The notes beneath the pieces were generated by a model that worked only from the letters and a program-made list of their open reading frames with translations, was not told the DNA's origin and searched no databases. Both the position numbers and the translations under genes were made by a program. A DNA stretch of 57,078 nucleotides, the filler included, from Bipalium vagum (lineage: Eukaryota): the NCBI GenBank assembly GCA_037834085.1. It is 3 parts of 3 records of this genome, joined end to end, with 100 filler letters (N's around TTAATTAATTAA, not from the genome) between each part and the next. Parts side by side here need not be neighbours in the genome. Positions count along the whole stretch, not along the records: positions 1 to 23,532 come from JBBMKC010208153.1; positions 23,633 to 39,954 come from JBBMKC010116045.1; 1 more part is not named here. One strand, written 5' to 3'. This document shows positions 11,525 through 24,680 of this stretch, one piece after another. How positions within the stretch are numbered: position 1 is the stretch's first letter; the number at the start of each line of letters is the position of its first letter.

Positions 11525-14076
11525 TCAGATATTTCTGTCAAGTATGATTTCGTCGTTAAATTCGCTATAGTAAGCCAGAGCCCGTGGGACCAATAGAGGA
11601 AAACCTGATATTCTACTTAAAGCATCATATTGGAAAAATTATCATAATTCGAAGAAAGATTTAAATTAGGTTTTTATATGGAAAATATCTCACTTGAACT
11701 ATTTGAGATATTAATTTCCGTTTTTTCCACAGCACCAATACTTGTAAAAATGTTTTTATCAGCCAAACTACCAGAGATCAACCCTTGTGTATAACTAAAG
11801 GGTTGGAGCTTCTTCATCTTTGTAGTAAGATAGTTGAGAGTCGTCGTACTGAATTTACAAATGCAAGAACAATTACTGAAACTGAAATATCTTTCAATCG
11901 TTTTATTTATTTCTCAGACCAAAACATACTATCCGTTGCAATAGTTTCCATTGCAAATTTTATTACATACTTTTCCACCGCTTGCTGGGTCACAGTAATA
12001 TAGATCTGTAATGGCCTTGCAATATTTTTGACAATTTTCACCATAATAAAAACGATCACATACAATGGAAATTTCATAACATATTCTAGAACAAACAAAC
12101 CAGTTTTAATTTTCTTTTCAATTTTTAATAATTTAAAATAGACAATATCAGTATGAATCTCATAAAGAGCGAACAATTACTTTGAAAAGTTTAATAATGA
12201 TAGCCACATAATGAAATTCTTATTAAGAGGTATCACCTATAATGTTTTATATTTAGCACCAATCGCCTTTCCCATTGGTGGATACATTATAAATAGGTAG
12301 TAAACTGAAATTAAGTTTATTTCTCATGTTAACATTAATAAAAGTTATTAAAAATGAAACTTCATCATGGAAAATTGTATTGATTTGATGACTTTTTCAA
12401 TGAATTAATACTTTCGGTAAAATCTGAAAGTATAAAGAGTAATGAAATTCCCAAACAATAAAGTTTTACAAATAGACTAAGCATATTATTACAGAAGACC
12501 CAAGCTTTGCTTTTAAAGAATTCAATATAAAACTTTTGAAATAAATAATAAATATTAATATGAAAAAATATAATATAAAATAAAATATATTCATTAAAAT
12601 ATTCATTTAATATATTATGTAAAAATAATTAAAATTTATAAATTAACGGTTATACAGTTCTTTTAAATGAGAAAAATTAAAATTTTAATGCAAGGGATCA
12701 GATTAAAACACAAATTCGAAACTTACATGTAATTTATCAGTTAATCAACAATTAAAACAATTAATTCATTTTTTACTGCCTGGTTTTTAATTTTATATCA
12801 ATAACAAATTTATTACCAAAAATGAAGAAAAGCTATTTTATTTATCAAAGTAAATTTATTTATTTATTATTTTATTTACTTTTTAAAAAATCCTAAAAAA
12901 TTGGTTTTACTTTTCATTTGGTTTTTTTAAACAATTCTATATTCAGAAAGAAATGACCGGGTGAAAAATAAAAGAACAATTGAAAAAGTAAAAAAATGTA
13001 ACCATCTTTATTTTTTATTTTTTATATTTTCATATCTTATTTGAAATATTATCGTAATTAAAATAATATTTTTAATAAAAATTTATATTATAGAAAATAA
13101 CAGCAAAAAATATATATATAATCGTTATCAGTGGAATTTGGGAAGATTCGTGAAATCTTCTTTATAATTAATTATCACAAAAATATAATAAAATTATCTT
13201 CAAGAAACTTTAATAAATAAAATAACTCTGAGGAAAAGACTCTTTCACAAATGCGATGGTTCCTTTTTTCGATCTGAAAGTACCTGTGATACTTAAAGAT
13301 AACATCTTTAGAAAGCACGTCTCTATCATATGCGACTATCCACAAATGAAGGCTTTTCTAAATGATGATGATATCATTTCATTTATAACGGCAAAATTAC
13401 CGGGAAAGCATCAGTTCGGATAGAAATATTAATGATATCATGTATGGTACTTCTATCGAAGTAAACTTTGGTCCGGTTGAAAGCAACAAATTGATCTCTA
13501 CAAATTTAATAAAACAACATCAAAATCTATTTACAATATTCTTTATATCAAAGAATATTATATGAAATTCTGAGAGAAATTTTCTTTATTTTTTTGTTTA
13601 AATCGGGAAGAAATTTTAAGAAAAACCTTTTTCATCTTTTTTTTAATATTAACCTACATTGTTTGTTTTATGCTTTCTAAAAAAAATCAAAGTGATATGT
13701 TTTGAAATTAGAGAACTTGATCTTAGTCTTTAACAAATGACATACAATGTTCATACTTGATGGTCATGAAACCTTTAATGGTTAAGTTGATATTAAATGA
13801 GAAAAATCATGAAATATAGAAAATGGAAAATGGTTACTGTTGTATTTTTATGTCGAAAAGCACATCACATTGCTGATTGATTTTCAAGAAACTAATATCA
13901 CAGGGATTTCCATACATATCCTTGTTGGGAAAATTTGCATATTTCATAAAATGGAAATTCATCATTATCCCCACGGAATCCTGAAACAAAAACCATTGTA
14001 AATGGAAAGCAATATTCACAAAATAAATACCAACATTTATTACAATTATAAAGAAAAATATTATACTCCTTTTCAT
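11525..14076 (-). CDS. Notch-ligand-like protein: signal peptide + C2/MNNL-like domain + DSL domain, no evident transmembrane helix (spliced)
   Basis: Phase-compatible GT-AG exons: 14076-14035, 13980-13838, 13497-13401, 13357-13227, 12085-11930, 11881-11694, tentative last exon 11604-11525. Translation includes MKRSIIFFFIIVIN, KYANFPNKDMYGNPCD..CDVLFDIKI, LWIVAYDRD and DSL motif CDRFYYGENCQKYCKAITDLYYCDPASGGKVC. The donor at 13226 and the 3' end are less certain. Confidence 0.82.
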
Positions 14077-14475
14077 TCTTGAAATATTAAATAATGGTTC
14101 TTTTGTAAAATAACCCTCGAGTATTAAACTGGTAATATTAAATATAACAATCGAATGTAAATATAAAATAACGATAAATGATACTGAAAAAACAGAAAAT
14201 GCTGAGAAAATATCATATTTTTTTCGTTTTACATCGTCTCGCTATCGATTGCGATGTCAACTTTGGTATTTCATAAAAATAATATTTTATTATCAATATT
14301 TTAGAAAACTCCATATTGCAACATTAATTTTATTTATATTATCTTTATTTATTTATATTAACTAAATTTGTCAGATTTATTTTATTAATTAAAATTTGTT
14401 ACTGTAAACGTGTTTTAACATTTTTCTAATAATCGAAAAAATTTTGGAATTGAAATAAAAAATATAATAATAATG

Positions 14476-14506
<31 letters not shown>

Positions 14507-17500
14507 AAATAAATAAATTAGATACAGAAACGTGACATGGGAAAAATATATATTAAACATATAATATATTAAATTTAAATTTTAAATTTATTAAACTTAT
14601 TTCAGATAATGAAAATTTAAAGTATTAGATTCTAAACCAACTTATGATAAATCGAAAATCTTTAGAGCTATTAAGCCTAATAGCAATTCATATGAAAAGC
14701 GAAAATAAAATTCGATAATTTAATTATATAGGATTTTTTATATTAGAATATCCAAAATTAATAATGTATAAATTTATTTATGATGATTTAGTACCGATCT
14801 TAAATGAAAATAAGGTTGATTATAACATACATTATATACATTTTTATAAAATTTCTATCAAATAATTATCAAGATTTTGAAATTGATGAAATGATTAAAA
14901 TAAATCATTTATTACATGTACATTTAAAGATTAAAAACCTGGTGATATATTTAATACAATTAAATTTTATAAAATCAAAATCATGTAGATATAATATTTA
15001 AGTAAAAACAAAAGAATATAAATTTGATTAAAAATTATAGGGATAAATAAAATATCAGAATAAAAAATGAAGAATTTCTTAGTTTTAAATAAAAATGAAA
15101 TAAATTAAGTCAAAAACAATATTTATTTATATTAACAAGAAATTTTTATTTTCCTTGAGCACATCCTTGCCCTCCACGTCTTAAATTTCTCGAGTTGCAG
15201 CTGTAGCTGATAGAGTTTTTTTCCAATAATGACGTAATATGATCCGAATTATTGTTTTTTCTTCAATCATTCTAATTGTAAGAATAAGTGAATGGAATTT
15301 TATAAATTTAAATTTTAAAATATAATTACATTCCCCCTTTCAAGAGCTTTTAAATGACACCAAATTTTCCATATAAATATTATTATTAAATGATATGGTA
15401 ACACGAGAACTTTAAATAACTAAAAACATGAATAACTTTTGAAACAACCTGATAACTGGTGATTTAAAGTTAATGTTAGAAGAAAAAGTTATCATAAATT
15501 AGAAGAAATAGCTAATTATTTAAAAATACTTCAGATTTCGAAAACTGATTTTATAGAAACTTGTATTGAAAATATTGAAAAGAAAATAAATGAATTATTA
15601 AAAATTAATTCAATCAATTTATTTTTACGAGAATAGCTCCTACCTTTGCCTCTCATTTCTGTTGAGGTTTTCTTGAGACCCAAGTCGTACTTTGTCTGTC
15701 AAATATTCAACGTTGATTCTTTACGCAATCCTTAGGAATACTGGTTTTAACCACCGAAAATATTAAAAATAAATAAACAATTCATTTAGGGTTGACCTTC
15801 TGATAATCTGAATCTGACTTAAAAAGATTTAGGTTCTTGAATCAATACATGTCTAACATAACAAACGCAATAACTAAAACAATTGTTTGCTAGAAAAATA
15901 TATTTGTAATATAAAAACTCACAGAAAAACACTTAATTAAAGTAAATAATACTCTCTCACTTAGATGAAGTGAAGATTTCGTCTGATAAGAGCTACGTGT
16001 TAACCAATTAGTTCAGTAGATCTGCAAAAAAAAATTGGAAACTTGAAAAAAAAGTTAAAAATAAAATTCTTATCGACTCTCGTTTATTTCTGACACAAGT
16101 GTCGCAGTAGCATTTAATGTAATTTATCGAGAAATATTTCCATCTTTATTTTTGATTTTAACTGATTTATAATTAGTATTTACACTATTTTTCAGTTAGT
16201 ACTTAATTCTCGAACAGTAACAACATTTCTTCTGACTTACGTCACCTTACATGAATAACGTTTTTCTCACTGATTATGTCAGATGCCGTAGATGAAATCA
16301 GTCAGGGTTCACTGAAATCAAGCTTCACTGTGCTTAAGATGATTCGTTTGAGCACTATTAACGATTGAATTAAATTCATTAATAATTATTGCTTATAATC
16401 AGAATCTAATTAATTAATAAATTTACTTATTATTTACAATTATTCTGACTCCATAAAACCCTTACTTAACCTATTATATTGAGTTCATCTCATAAAAATA
16501 TTTTATTTACAATTTAGTGAATTTTTTCTTTATTAAGTATCTTATTCTAGAAACTCTCAGGTCAAATTTAAGTATACAGTTATTTAAAATCTTCATATGC
16601 AGATAAATACCGAAAATTAAAATTAGAATTAGATTGCGAATAAATACTTGAAATTTGAGGTATCAAAATGATCAAGCAACATAAAATTCGAAATTAAATA
16701 AGATCAATCAAATAAATAACCTTAAAATATCAAAAGGCAATGTGAAACCAAAGTTTTATCTCAGGTTACACGAACGATTCATAGCTTCAGGAAGCTCCTC
16801 TTCGAGTTGCGTCTTGGCATGGTCTTCACATTTTAAAGTTTACAGAGGACCAATTAAAAATGATAAATCTTCTTATCGCGTTTTACATGAAATGATAATT
16901 TGAGAAAATTAAAAGTACTTAAGAAAAGATAAGCAGAATGAATCAATGGCCTGACAAATCATATTTAGTGGAATTTCATTAATTGTGTTTTTCCATTTTT
17001 CCTATTATTTCCGCAAGATTTCAGAACTTTTTTGTTTAGGTCTCTTCGCTACTTCATTTCAAAGGCATCGAATTGATTAGGAGAAACAAATAAAATACCA
17101 GCATTTTAGAATGCTTCAATTCTTTCTTTGCATCATCCTGTTGATAGACGGAATCGTTTTCCCGTAACTTTTGACATTTTTGAAAAATTGGAAATAGGTT
17201 TGATTTTACATAAAAATAAGAATCTGACTTTATTTTAAGCTAAAGATACTTAAAATCGAATAGTGAAAATTAAAACCAATTTGCAATGAAGTATTTTTTT
17301 CAAGGTTTAATTCTTTCTGAGGCTTTTGGGTTTATTAAAAAATAATAGATTATGTTTAAAGGTAAATAATAAATGAAAACTTATTTCCTTTTGAATCCGA
17401 GTGAAATTATTCAGATTAATTATTTGATTGTGAAGAAATTTGATACTCGATTTAAGAAGCAAAGTTTGGATTTTCATTTTTAAAAAATTTAGTTTTTAAG

Positions 17501-18012
17501 CGTCAGAAATTTGGTCAAATATCAGCAGATTCTTAATTTTGAAATTCAATTACTTGGTGAGTTTTCACGTGTCTATGGATCTCAATGAGTTCAGCCATCT
17601 TTAGATGACCGAACCAATGATCCTGAGATCCATTGATGCTCTTTCATTTAGTGAACATTCTATTGTTGCAATTTTTTCTTTTATTTCAAAAATTGCATTT
17701 CTCCTTTATATTTGATGTATTCATGAATATAATTATCTTATCGATTTCGTTATTTGATTTCATTTGACATCGATTATTCTTATTTTGCGTGAAATAATTA
17801 AGCTTCACTTGATAGTTGAACCAAATTTCCTGAAAAAAACAAAGGAGATAAAATAACCGAGAACACATGATATTCCAAGAAGGATATCATCATCGTTTTT
17901 TAAAAATTAAAATTATTTAGTTTTAAATTTAAGCATTTTCAGATTTATTATTATTTAATTTAACAAAAATAAAAGATAAGATTTATATATTAAGAACAAA
18001 ATAATTCTTCAT

Positions 18013-18540
18013 TTAAGCAAATTTATTTCGATATCGTTTCGATTGTTGTTCTTCATCTGAGCTATCATCAGCCCGATCTCTTTTACTGCTACTTTTGGAG
18101 AAGGTCGACTGACGACCATTAATAGTATTCTGACTTGATTTGGAACCAATTGCAACAATCTTAACCTGAATTTAATATCCATTGAAAAATAATTAAGAAA
18201 ATATTTTTAAAAAAAACCTTTTCAACTGCAGTTGTTGAGTGGCCATCTTTAAATTCGGCATTAGTTAAAATTAAGGTCCAAACGTTATCACAAAAACGAT
18301 ATGATAACAAGTTACCACTGATATTAAGCTTGCCTCTCACTTTACTGTTGAAAGCATCCTCAATTACCCTATCAAACTCATTTAAAGTCTAACATAAATG
18401 TTTAAAAATTTAATGAAATAAAAAATATATATTACTGAGTAACATAATTCATCTGGTAATTGATAACTATGTCTTATTTCATTAAGAGCTTCTTGCAAAC
18501 AAATACCAATTGTTGTGTTTCTATACAGTTGTAATGTCAT
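18013..18540 (-). CDS. GTF2A2: Transcription initiation factor IIA gamma subunit, 142 aa, 3 exons
   Basis: Exons 18540-18436, 18388-18218, 18165-18013; phase-0 introns of 47 and 52 nt; MTLQLYRNTTIGICLQEAL...YRFCDNVWTLIL...VEKVKIVA matches TFIIA-gamma signatures. Confidence 0.96.
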
Positions 18541-20680
18541 TTATAACTTAAAAAATAATTGCATTTAGGTAAATTGAAACTTAGCAATATTATTTAAACA
18601 AATACCATTATTAATAAATCAAAATTTAAATTAAATTTAAAATATGAAATGGTATGTGATTAAAATAATACTTTAATATCAATTTTCTTTCTGTTAATTT
18701 AATTATTTAATATGGAATATCATACTAATATATGAAAAAAAATTATTCACTTCTTTTTGTGAAGATTTTATGATTCAAAATTTAAAAACTTTAGAAATAT
18801 TGATTAATTTTAAAAAATATATTTAAAAATCAATTTTCAGTTAAATTTAAATAACTAATTACTTAAAAATTATAATAATTTCTCCAAATAAGAACCTAAA
18901 AATTATTTGAGATCATACCAAAAAGTAAAAAATTTATAAGAGAAAAAATCAATGAATAATTAAAATAAATATTTTTCAAAATGAATAAAGCCTAAAATCA
19001 AAGTCTAACACAAAACAGTGGAAACTAATATTCTGAAAAATAAACTTTCATATTATTTTGAAAGCAATGTTTAGGTGCAGAACAATTTAAAAACCACCAG
19101 GGAAACTTGTAACTTTCCAATTTTCATTTTTATTATATTATTAACTGTATGAGCTCAGTCCAAATTAATCAAATGAAAGTTTGCATGTGCCGCAAATAAA
19201 TTACAATTACAATTTTATTAAAACTCTTTAACCAAATTATAAGAATATGGAGTAAGTTAACGTTGTTCATAATAAAGAAACAAGTCATCTTTTAAAAATT
19301 TCTTTGATAACGCAAATATTATTGATTAGATATCATCCTAATCCTTACACCATTTTGTGTTAATCGTAAAAAATTATATAATTAAAATAAGTTATTATTT
19401 GTAGGTTACTTATGATAATACACGTGTAGATTAAATTTTTGTTGAACTCAGTAATCAGTCCTTTTTTGTACTTGGCTCATCATAGTACTTAGTCACTGGA
19501 TGACATAAACAACAAGGTGAATCTTCGGAAATTTTGAAATTTTGAAATATTTAATGTCCTTTAATTAAACAACTCTGTATTCGGAAAGGAACTTCCGGTG
19601 GAAACGACATTAAGTTTTCTCCATGGATTTTGAAAAGATGGCTACTAAGAAGCTGTTGCGGTTTTCCTTTTCTTGACCAATCAAATACAATATTCAATAA
19701 CTCATTTTATTTTAAAATTAAGATTTGACATTTATTGCTATTACAATTTCAGGCCTTAAATTAAAGATTTTATTAGAAGAATTAAAAATGTGAAAAATAA
19801 TGGATGATAAAGCAGAACACAATGGGTACAATAGTTTAATAGGTGTGAGAATAGTTATATACTGAAATCATTTTAAAAGGTAAAAAGTTCTTTGTCACAA
19901 TATGGTGTAAAAAGAGTGTGGTCCATTACTCTTTCTTGAATTTTGTTCAAACGTCAGGCCGCAATTAGGAATAGAAAAATAATTAATTTTATTTTTGAGC
20001 TGTTTGATTTTTCTGCGATATTTAAGGAAAAAGTCTTTCCGAGAGTAGAAATTGGCGTTCATCTGTCAATCTTTACATCTATATAATGCAGAATTTTGTT
20101 TTAGTGACTGTCAAAGAAAAAACAGTGTCTATTGTAAAAAGAATTATAAGTGGAAAAATTATGCCTTCTGAAGAATTTACCGAAAATATCTGGGAAAAAG
20201 AATTTTTGCAACTAATCTGTAAGTTTTCCAGCAAAATTATGTAATGGATTCCATAGAGTTTGGGAATCCTTGGGTGACCGTTTAGAACCTAGTAAACGAC
20301 CCTAAGACCCATTGATCACTCTGGTAAGGATATTATTCATTGTTTATTAATCAACTAATATTCTTGTTTATCATTTAACGACTAATTCAGTTTTTTTTCC
20401 ATTGATCATTGATCGTTACTTCATAACATTAATTATTTTTTATATTTTGATCTTAGACATTGATTATGATTTTGTGTTTCAGACATTATTTTATAGTGGT
20501 CGAAAGGTATTGTATTCTTGTTTATTACAATTACGTTCTTTTGTGTTTTATTGTGTAAATAAAGGTTATTGTGATTTTTTTGATTCTTACAGTAAAGGTT
20601 ATTTTAGGTATTTTAATAACGGTAATAACTAAATGAGTGGTCAGTAAAACTTTGAGCATAAAGTTACACTTCTAGTATAA

Positions 20681-21800
20681 TATTAGGTTGGTGCATAAAT
20701 TTGTCCTGTATTTTAGACAAAAATTAAGCAAAAATTTTCTTCATTAAAAATCACATTTAATCATTGAAGCATTTTCAGTTTTGTTGTATAGTAACAATAG
20801 TAAGAATAGATCTTGAAAACTAAGACTTGGATTACGAGATACTAAGACATACTTTTTTTACTTAATCTCTTGATATTCCCCCACTAAGTATATTTACAGG
20901 ATACACTTTCTAAATATTACTGTCTATTTTGACCATTCTATAATTTTATCTCAGAAAAATCTTCAATACCCATGACAATGTATAAAATGTGTTTGTGAAA
21001 TTCGTCTTCTCTCGCAGACAATATTTTTATTATACTGGTGAAAAAATAATATAGAGTTTTGACTATGAAAGTAAAACGTTATAACGAAGGGAAAATTAAA
21101 CTTTATTAATCAAAATAGAATCAGTAAGATGAAATGCATTTCAGACAACAATTAAAAACCTTTTTGATACTAGTTAAATAAAGTCTTTGCTACAGTAAGC
21201 CACAAACTTTTAGTATTGATGAGGCTTTTAAAACACTTGTTGAGAAGAAAGTTGTTTAGATGCTATTAAAAACAAAAATATGTTATGTTAGGTCTAGTAA
21301 ATATGGAAAACGGTGGAAATTTTCGTAAGCCAAATCATTAAATTTTTGAAATATTTTTTGTGGCACGTGTGCGTACATTACGTAATAAATAAATTGCTAA
21401 ATAATTAGACTTTCTATTGATCAACAATAGGGTGAAAAGTTTCAGCCTTTCATTTATTTCTTGAATATCTTATCAATCTATCTCAGTCGTAAATTTTTCG
21501 CTTGGGCTTAGAAAGTTGTGATGAATCAAGTTTGTCATGAACCACAAGCTAGTCAGCATAATTGTGTTTGTTGAAATATTGGTTTTTGGAAGTGCTCATG
21601 ATCTTCATTAAGCAGAACGTTGTCTGTTGTTCTTTAGAATTCATTTCTCATCACTTCACAATTCGATGAAGAAATGGGTTACTGTTGTTCCTAAAGAGAA
21701 ATAAAGATACCACTTTAAAATTGTGATTTCTTTGTTTTTCACTCAACTGGTGTTGCACCCATGTATCCATCTTTTTAATAATTTCAATTTGACTGCATTG
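20681..21800 (-). mobile_element. Fragmented mariner remnant(s) flanking the piggyBac-like piece
   Basis: TIR-like TATTAGGTTGGTGCATAAAT at 20681; decayed mariner-like coding sequence on minus strand about 21490-21800. Confidence 0.5.
20880..21310 (+). mobile_element. piggyBac-like transposase remnant
   Basis: Translation CYSKPQTFSIDEAFKTL..FRCY resembles YxPgxxlsIDExlvxfrGRxxFRqY; heavily decayed. Confidence 0.45.
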
Positions 21801-22787
21801 ATGAACTCAAAATTCATTCGAAAGAAGAACTTTTAAAAATATTCGTAACAATATTAAATTTTAATATTAATATCAAATGAAGAGTGTGAAACAGGATATC
21901 AAATATTCAAGAAAAGGTTTTAAGATTAGTAAACTACCCCTCTGATTGTTAGACTACGGTATGCATTTGGTGTGATGAAATAGAAAAAGTAATAGAATAG
22001 AATGTAATAAAATAATAAGAATAATCTCTTTTAAGCAATCCTTGCTTTGGACAGTGTCTAATAATGGTGCTTTAATCATTCTAACCTTTTAATGTAATCT
22101 TATTGTTCCTGCTTATAAGGTAAAATTGTGAAATTTATGGGTCTCTTATTAGACAACGATACGAGGAGGATATACAATTTTCTCCAGCGAAAGGTATAAA
22201 TTATAAATAAAAATAAAAAGGATACCACATGTATTTTATTAAACCTATAGCCTGAGTTTTATACAACTTGATATTTCTCATTTTATTTATTTTTAAAAGT
22301 TCATTTAGTTAAAACAAAATAATATTTTCTGATTTCTGATATTTTCAAGAAAACATTCGAATAGGATCTAAACTTGGTCAATAAATGAGAAAATTTCTGA
22401 AAAGTCCTCATTAAAACAAAACACAATTTCATTCCGGTCCTACAATTGCCCATTCAAAACTTAAGTATATTTCCTCTTTTCCCATAACTTATAAAGAGCA
22501 ACAGATCTCTGCCGTGTCACTCTACACAAGCGAAAATAGATTAATCTTAATGTAAAATTTCATTAATAATTATAAAAAAAGAATAAAGAAAATATTCACA
22601 AACTTTTATTAAATATTTTAAATTCTTCGCTCAAATTTATCATAATTATTATGAGAAGATTTTCGGGGAGAATTATTTTATTTTATATTATTATATTATT
22701 AAATTATATATATTTAGTTTTTATATCTTGTTAAATAAACAAATAGAAAATTTAGTGAAAAATATTTATTAAATAAAATAAAAATCT

Positions 22788-23234
22788 TTAAAAACTCTTA
22801 ATTATTCTGGTATTTTTAATGTGTCTGTATTTACAAGATTCTCCAATTTCTTCATGGAACTCTTCATTATATAAATACTGGTGATCGGTTCTTACGGCCA
22901 ACGTTTTGAACGTAACATTTTTCCGGATCAATTCACAATAGCCACTTCCTGCCTTTATCTGGAGAATACAACGATCAATATTAATGTACACCGGCTTGTT
23001 CAGACAAGGACGAATGTGAAGAAAATATATCGGTTGACAGGGTTGATTTGTGATCTCTTTCGGTGTCAGCTCAATTTTCTGTTCTGCTTCGGTCATCCGC
23101 ACAGTGAGTGGAATGAACCGATTAAATTGATCATTAACTTCCATCCATATCCTTACCCAATTTTTGAAGGGCAGGCAATCTTTGGACAGACAAAGAGAAA
23201 TGCTGAGGAGCAAGGTAAAAGCTGAGAAAAACAT
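22788..23234 (-). CDS. Single-exon secreted protein, 148 aa, possible divergent cystine-knot growth factor (noggin/trunk/PTTH/IL-17-like fold)
   Basis: Longest ORF in the window, visibly higher GC than flanks; ATG at 23234 opens signal-peptide-like MFFSAFTLLLSISLCLS; six Cys in the mature part; CQPIYFLHIRPCLNKPVYINIDRC...GYCE...IGESCKY. Confidence 0.72.
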   Translation of the reverse strand: MFFSAFTLLLSISLCLSKDCLPFKNWVRIWMEVNDQFNRFIPLTVRMTEAEQKIELTPKEITNQPCQPIYFLHIRPCLNKPVYINIDRCILQIKAGSGYCELIRKNVTFKTLAVRTDHQYLYNEEFHEEIGESCKYRHIKNTRIIKSF

Positions 23235-23532
23235 GAAAGTTGAAGGTAGATATTTATTTGAAAGTATTCTATCGCGATTTACACCTGTATTTATAGCTGA
23301 ATGGATTGCCAACGTAATTGGCTGCGATAGTACGAAACTTCAGTTATTACACAAATTTCGATGTATGATCGCTTCGAAGGCGTGCTTTTATCGCTTTTGT
23401 TATTTATAAAAATCGGACCTCAAATATAATATAAAGAAAATTATAAATATAATATTTATTTATATATTTTAGATTTCTATGTATCCATGTAATAATAATA
23501 ATATTATTTTTATTATATTATTATTATTATTA

Positions 23533-23632
23533 NNNNNNNNNNNNNNNNNNNNNNNNNNNNNNNNNNNNNNNNNNNNTTAATTAATTAANNNNNNNNNNNN
23601 NNNNNNNNNNNNNNNNNNNNNNNNNNNNNNNN
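23533..23632. other. Artificial contig spacer N44-TTAATTAATTAA-N44
   Basis: Exactly 100 bp; palindromic 12-mer gives stops in all six frames; identical to 39955-40054. Confidence 0.95.
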
Positions 23633-23889
23633 AAATTTCAAAAATATATATTAATTCATCTTTTATCACAAAAATTACAAGTGTCAGAAAAAATTTTTCC
23701 ACCAGTATATCACCAACTTTTGTAGAAATTCTTATTTTTAATAAAAATATAATTTTGAAAATTTAAATTAGTTGCCGTTGCTTTAAGTCCTAATCATTTT
23801 TAGCTCCACAACTTGATTTATTAGGAACTTAACAAAATTAAGTTTGTCCGTATTTTTCTTGTACTAAGCATATTTTAATTATAAAAATA

Positions 23890-24680
23890 TCTGCAGAACC
23901 CAAATTAAAATATTGTAAATTAAATAAAATTTCTGCAATCCTGCAAATTCGATTCGCTGGCGTTACAAGAACGGCATATTTCGTTACATCGAATTTTAAG
24001 TGAAGATCTACATATACATACTTACAAGATCCGCATATAAGCTTAGTAAGGGCGGTCCTATGCCTCATATTGCTTTTCATACATAAATCGGAGATGTTCC
24101 TGTTTATGCTTATGTAAAAATATATTTGTTTTTATGGATTTTTGACTTATTAATTAACTTTTTAAAATTCGGCGTTACTTATGGAACACCCTATATAAAA
24201 AAATACCAAGTCTTAGTCCGACTTTGGCCAACAGAAAGTGTCCAATTCTTCAAGATAATGTGCATCCACATATTGCACAAATGACGTTACAAGAATTTCA
24301 AACAATGAACTACAAATTTTTGTCTCATTCTCCATAATCTCTGTATTTTTTGCATTTGTTTGACATTTTGAGCTCTTCACCAAAAATAAAATCTTCCATA
24401 ACAAAGACACTGCGAAAATGTTTTCCTTCAATTTTTCGAAACCAGAACACCAGAAGCTTTCCCATTGGCAAGCATTTTTAGACTAGAGGTTGTATTTTGA
24501 GCAACAAAATTTATTTAATCTTGACTTATCTAAGTTTACAGTTGAAAGGTAAAATCGGAAATTATTTTACAAATCTATTATTATGACCTGACTTTTATTA
24601 TTAATAATATTATTTTACTTATTATTTTTTTCATTATTTTTTATTCAAAACGCTCATTTTTTATGGGACACCTTAATAAT
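23890..24680. mobile_element. Cluster of Tc1/mariner fragments
   Basis: Plus-strand SLHRILSEDLHIHTYKI and LQDNVHPHIAQMT; TIR-like ends TTATGGAACACCCTATA (~24195) and TTATGGGACACCTTA (~24675). Confidence 0.65.

Noticed and set aside
11785-12176. ORF-track proteins of 72 aa (+) and 89 aa (-)
   Set aside because: Alternative frames over the DSL exons; the DSL frame has the conserved Cys pattern and splice sites.
22881-23409. Plus-strand ORFs of 114 and 81 aa
   Set aside because: Antisense shadows of the minus-strand secreted-protein ORF, with non-ATG starts and no motifs.
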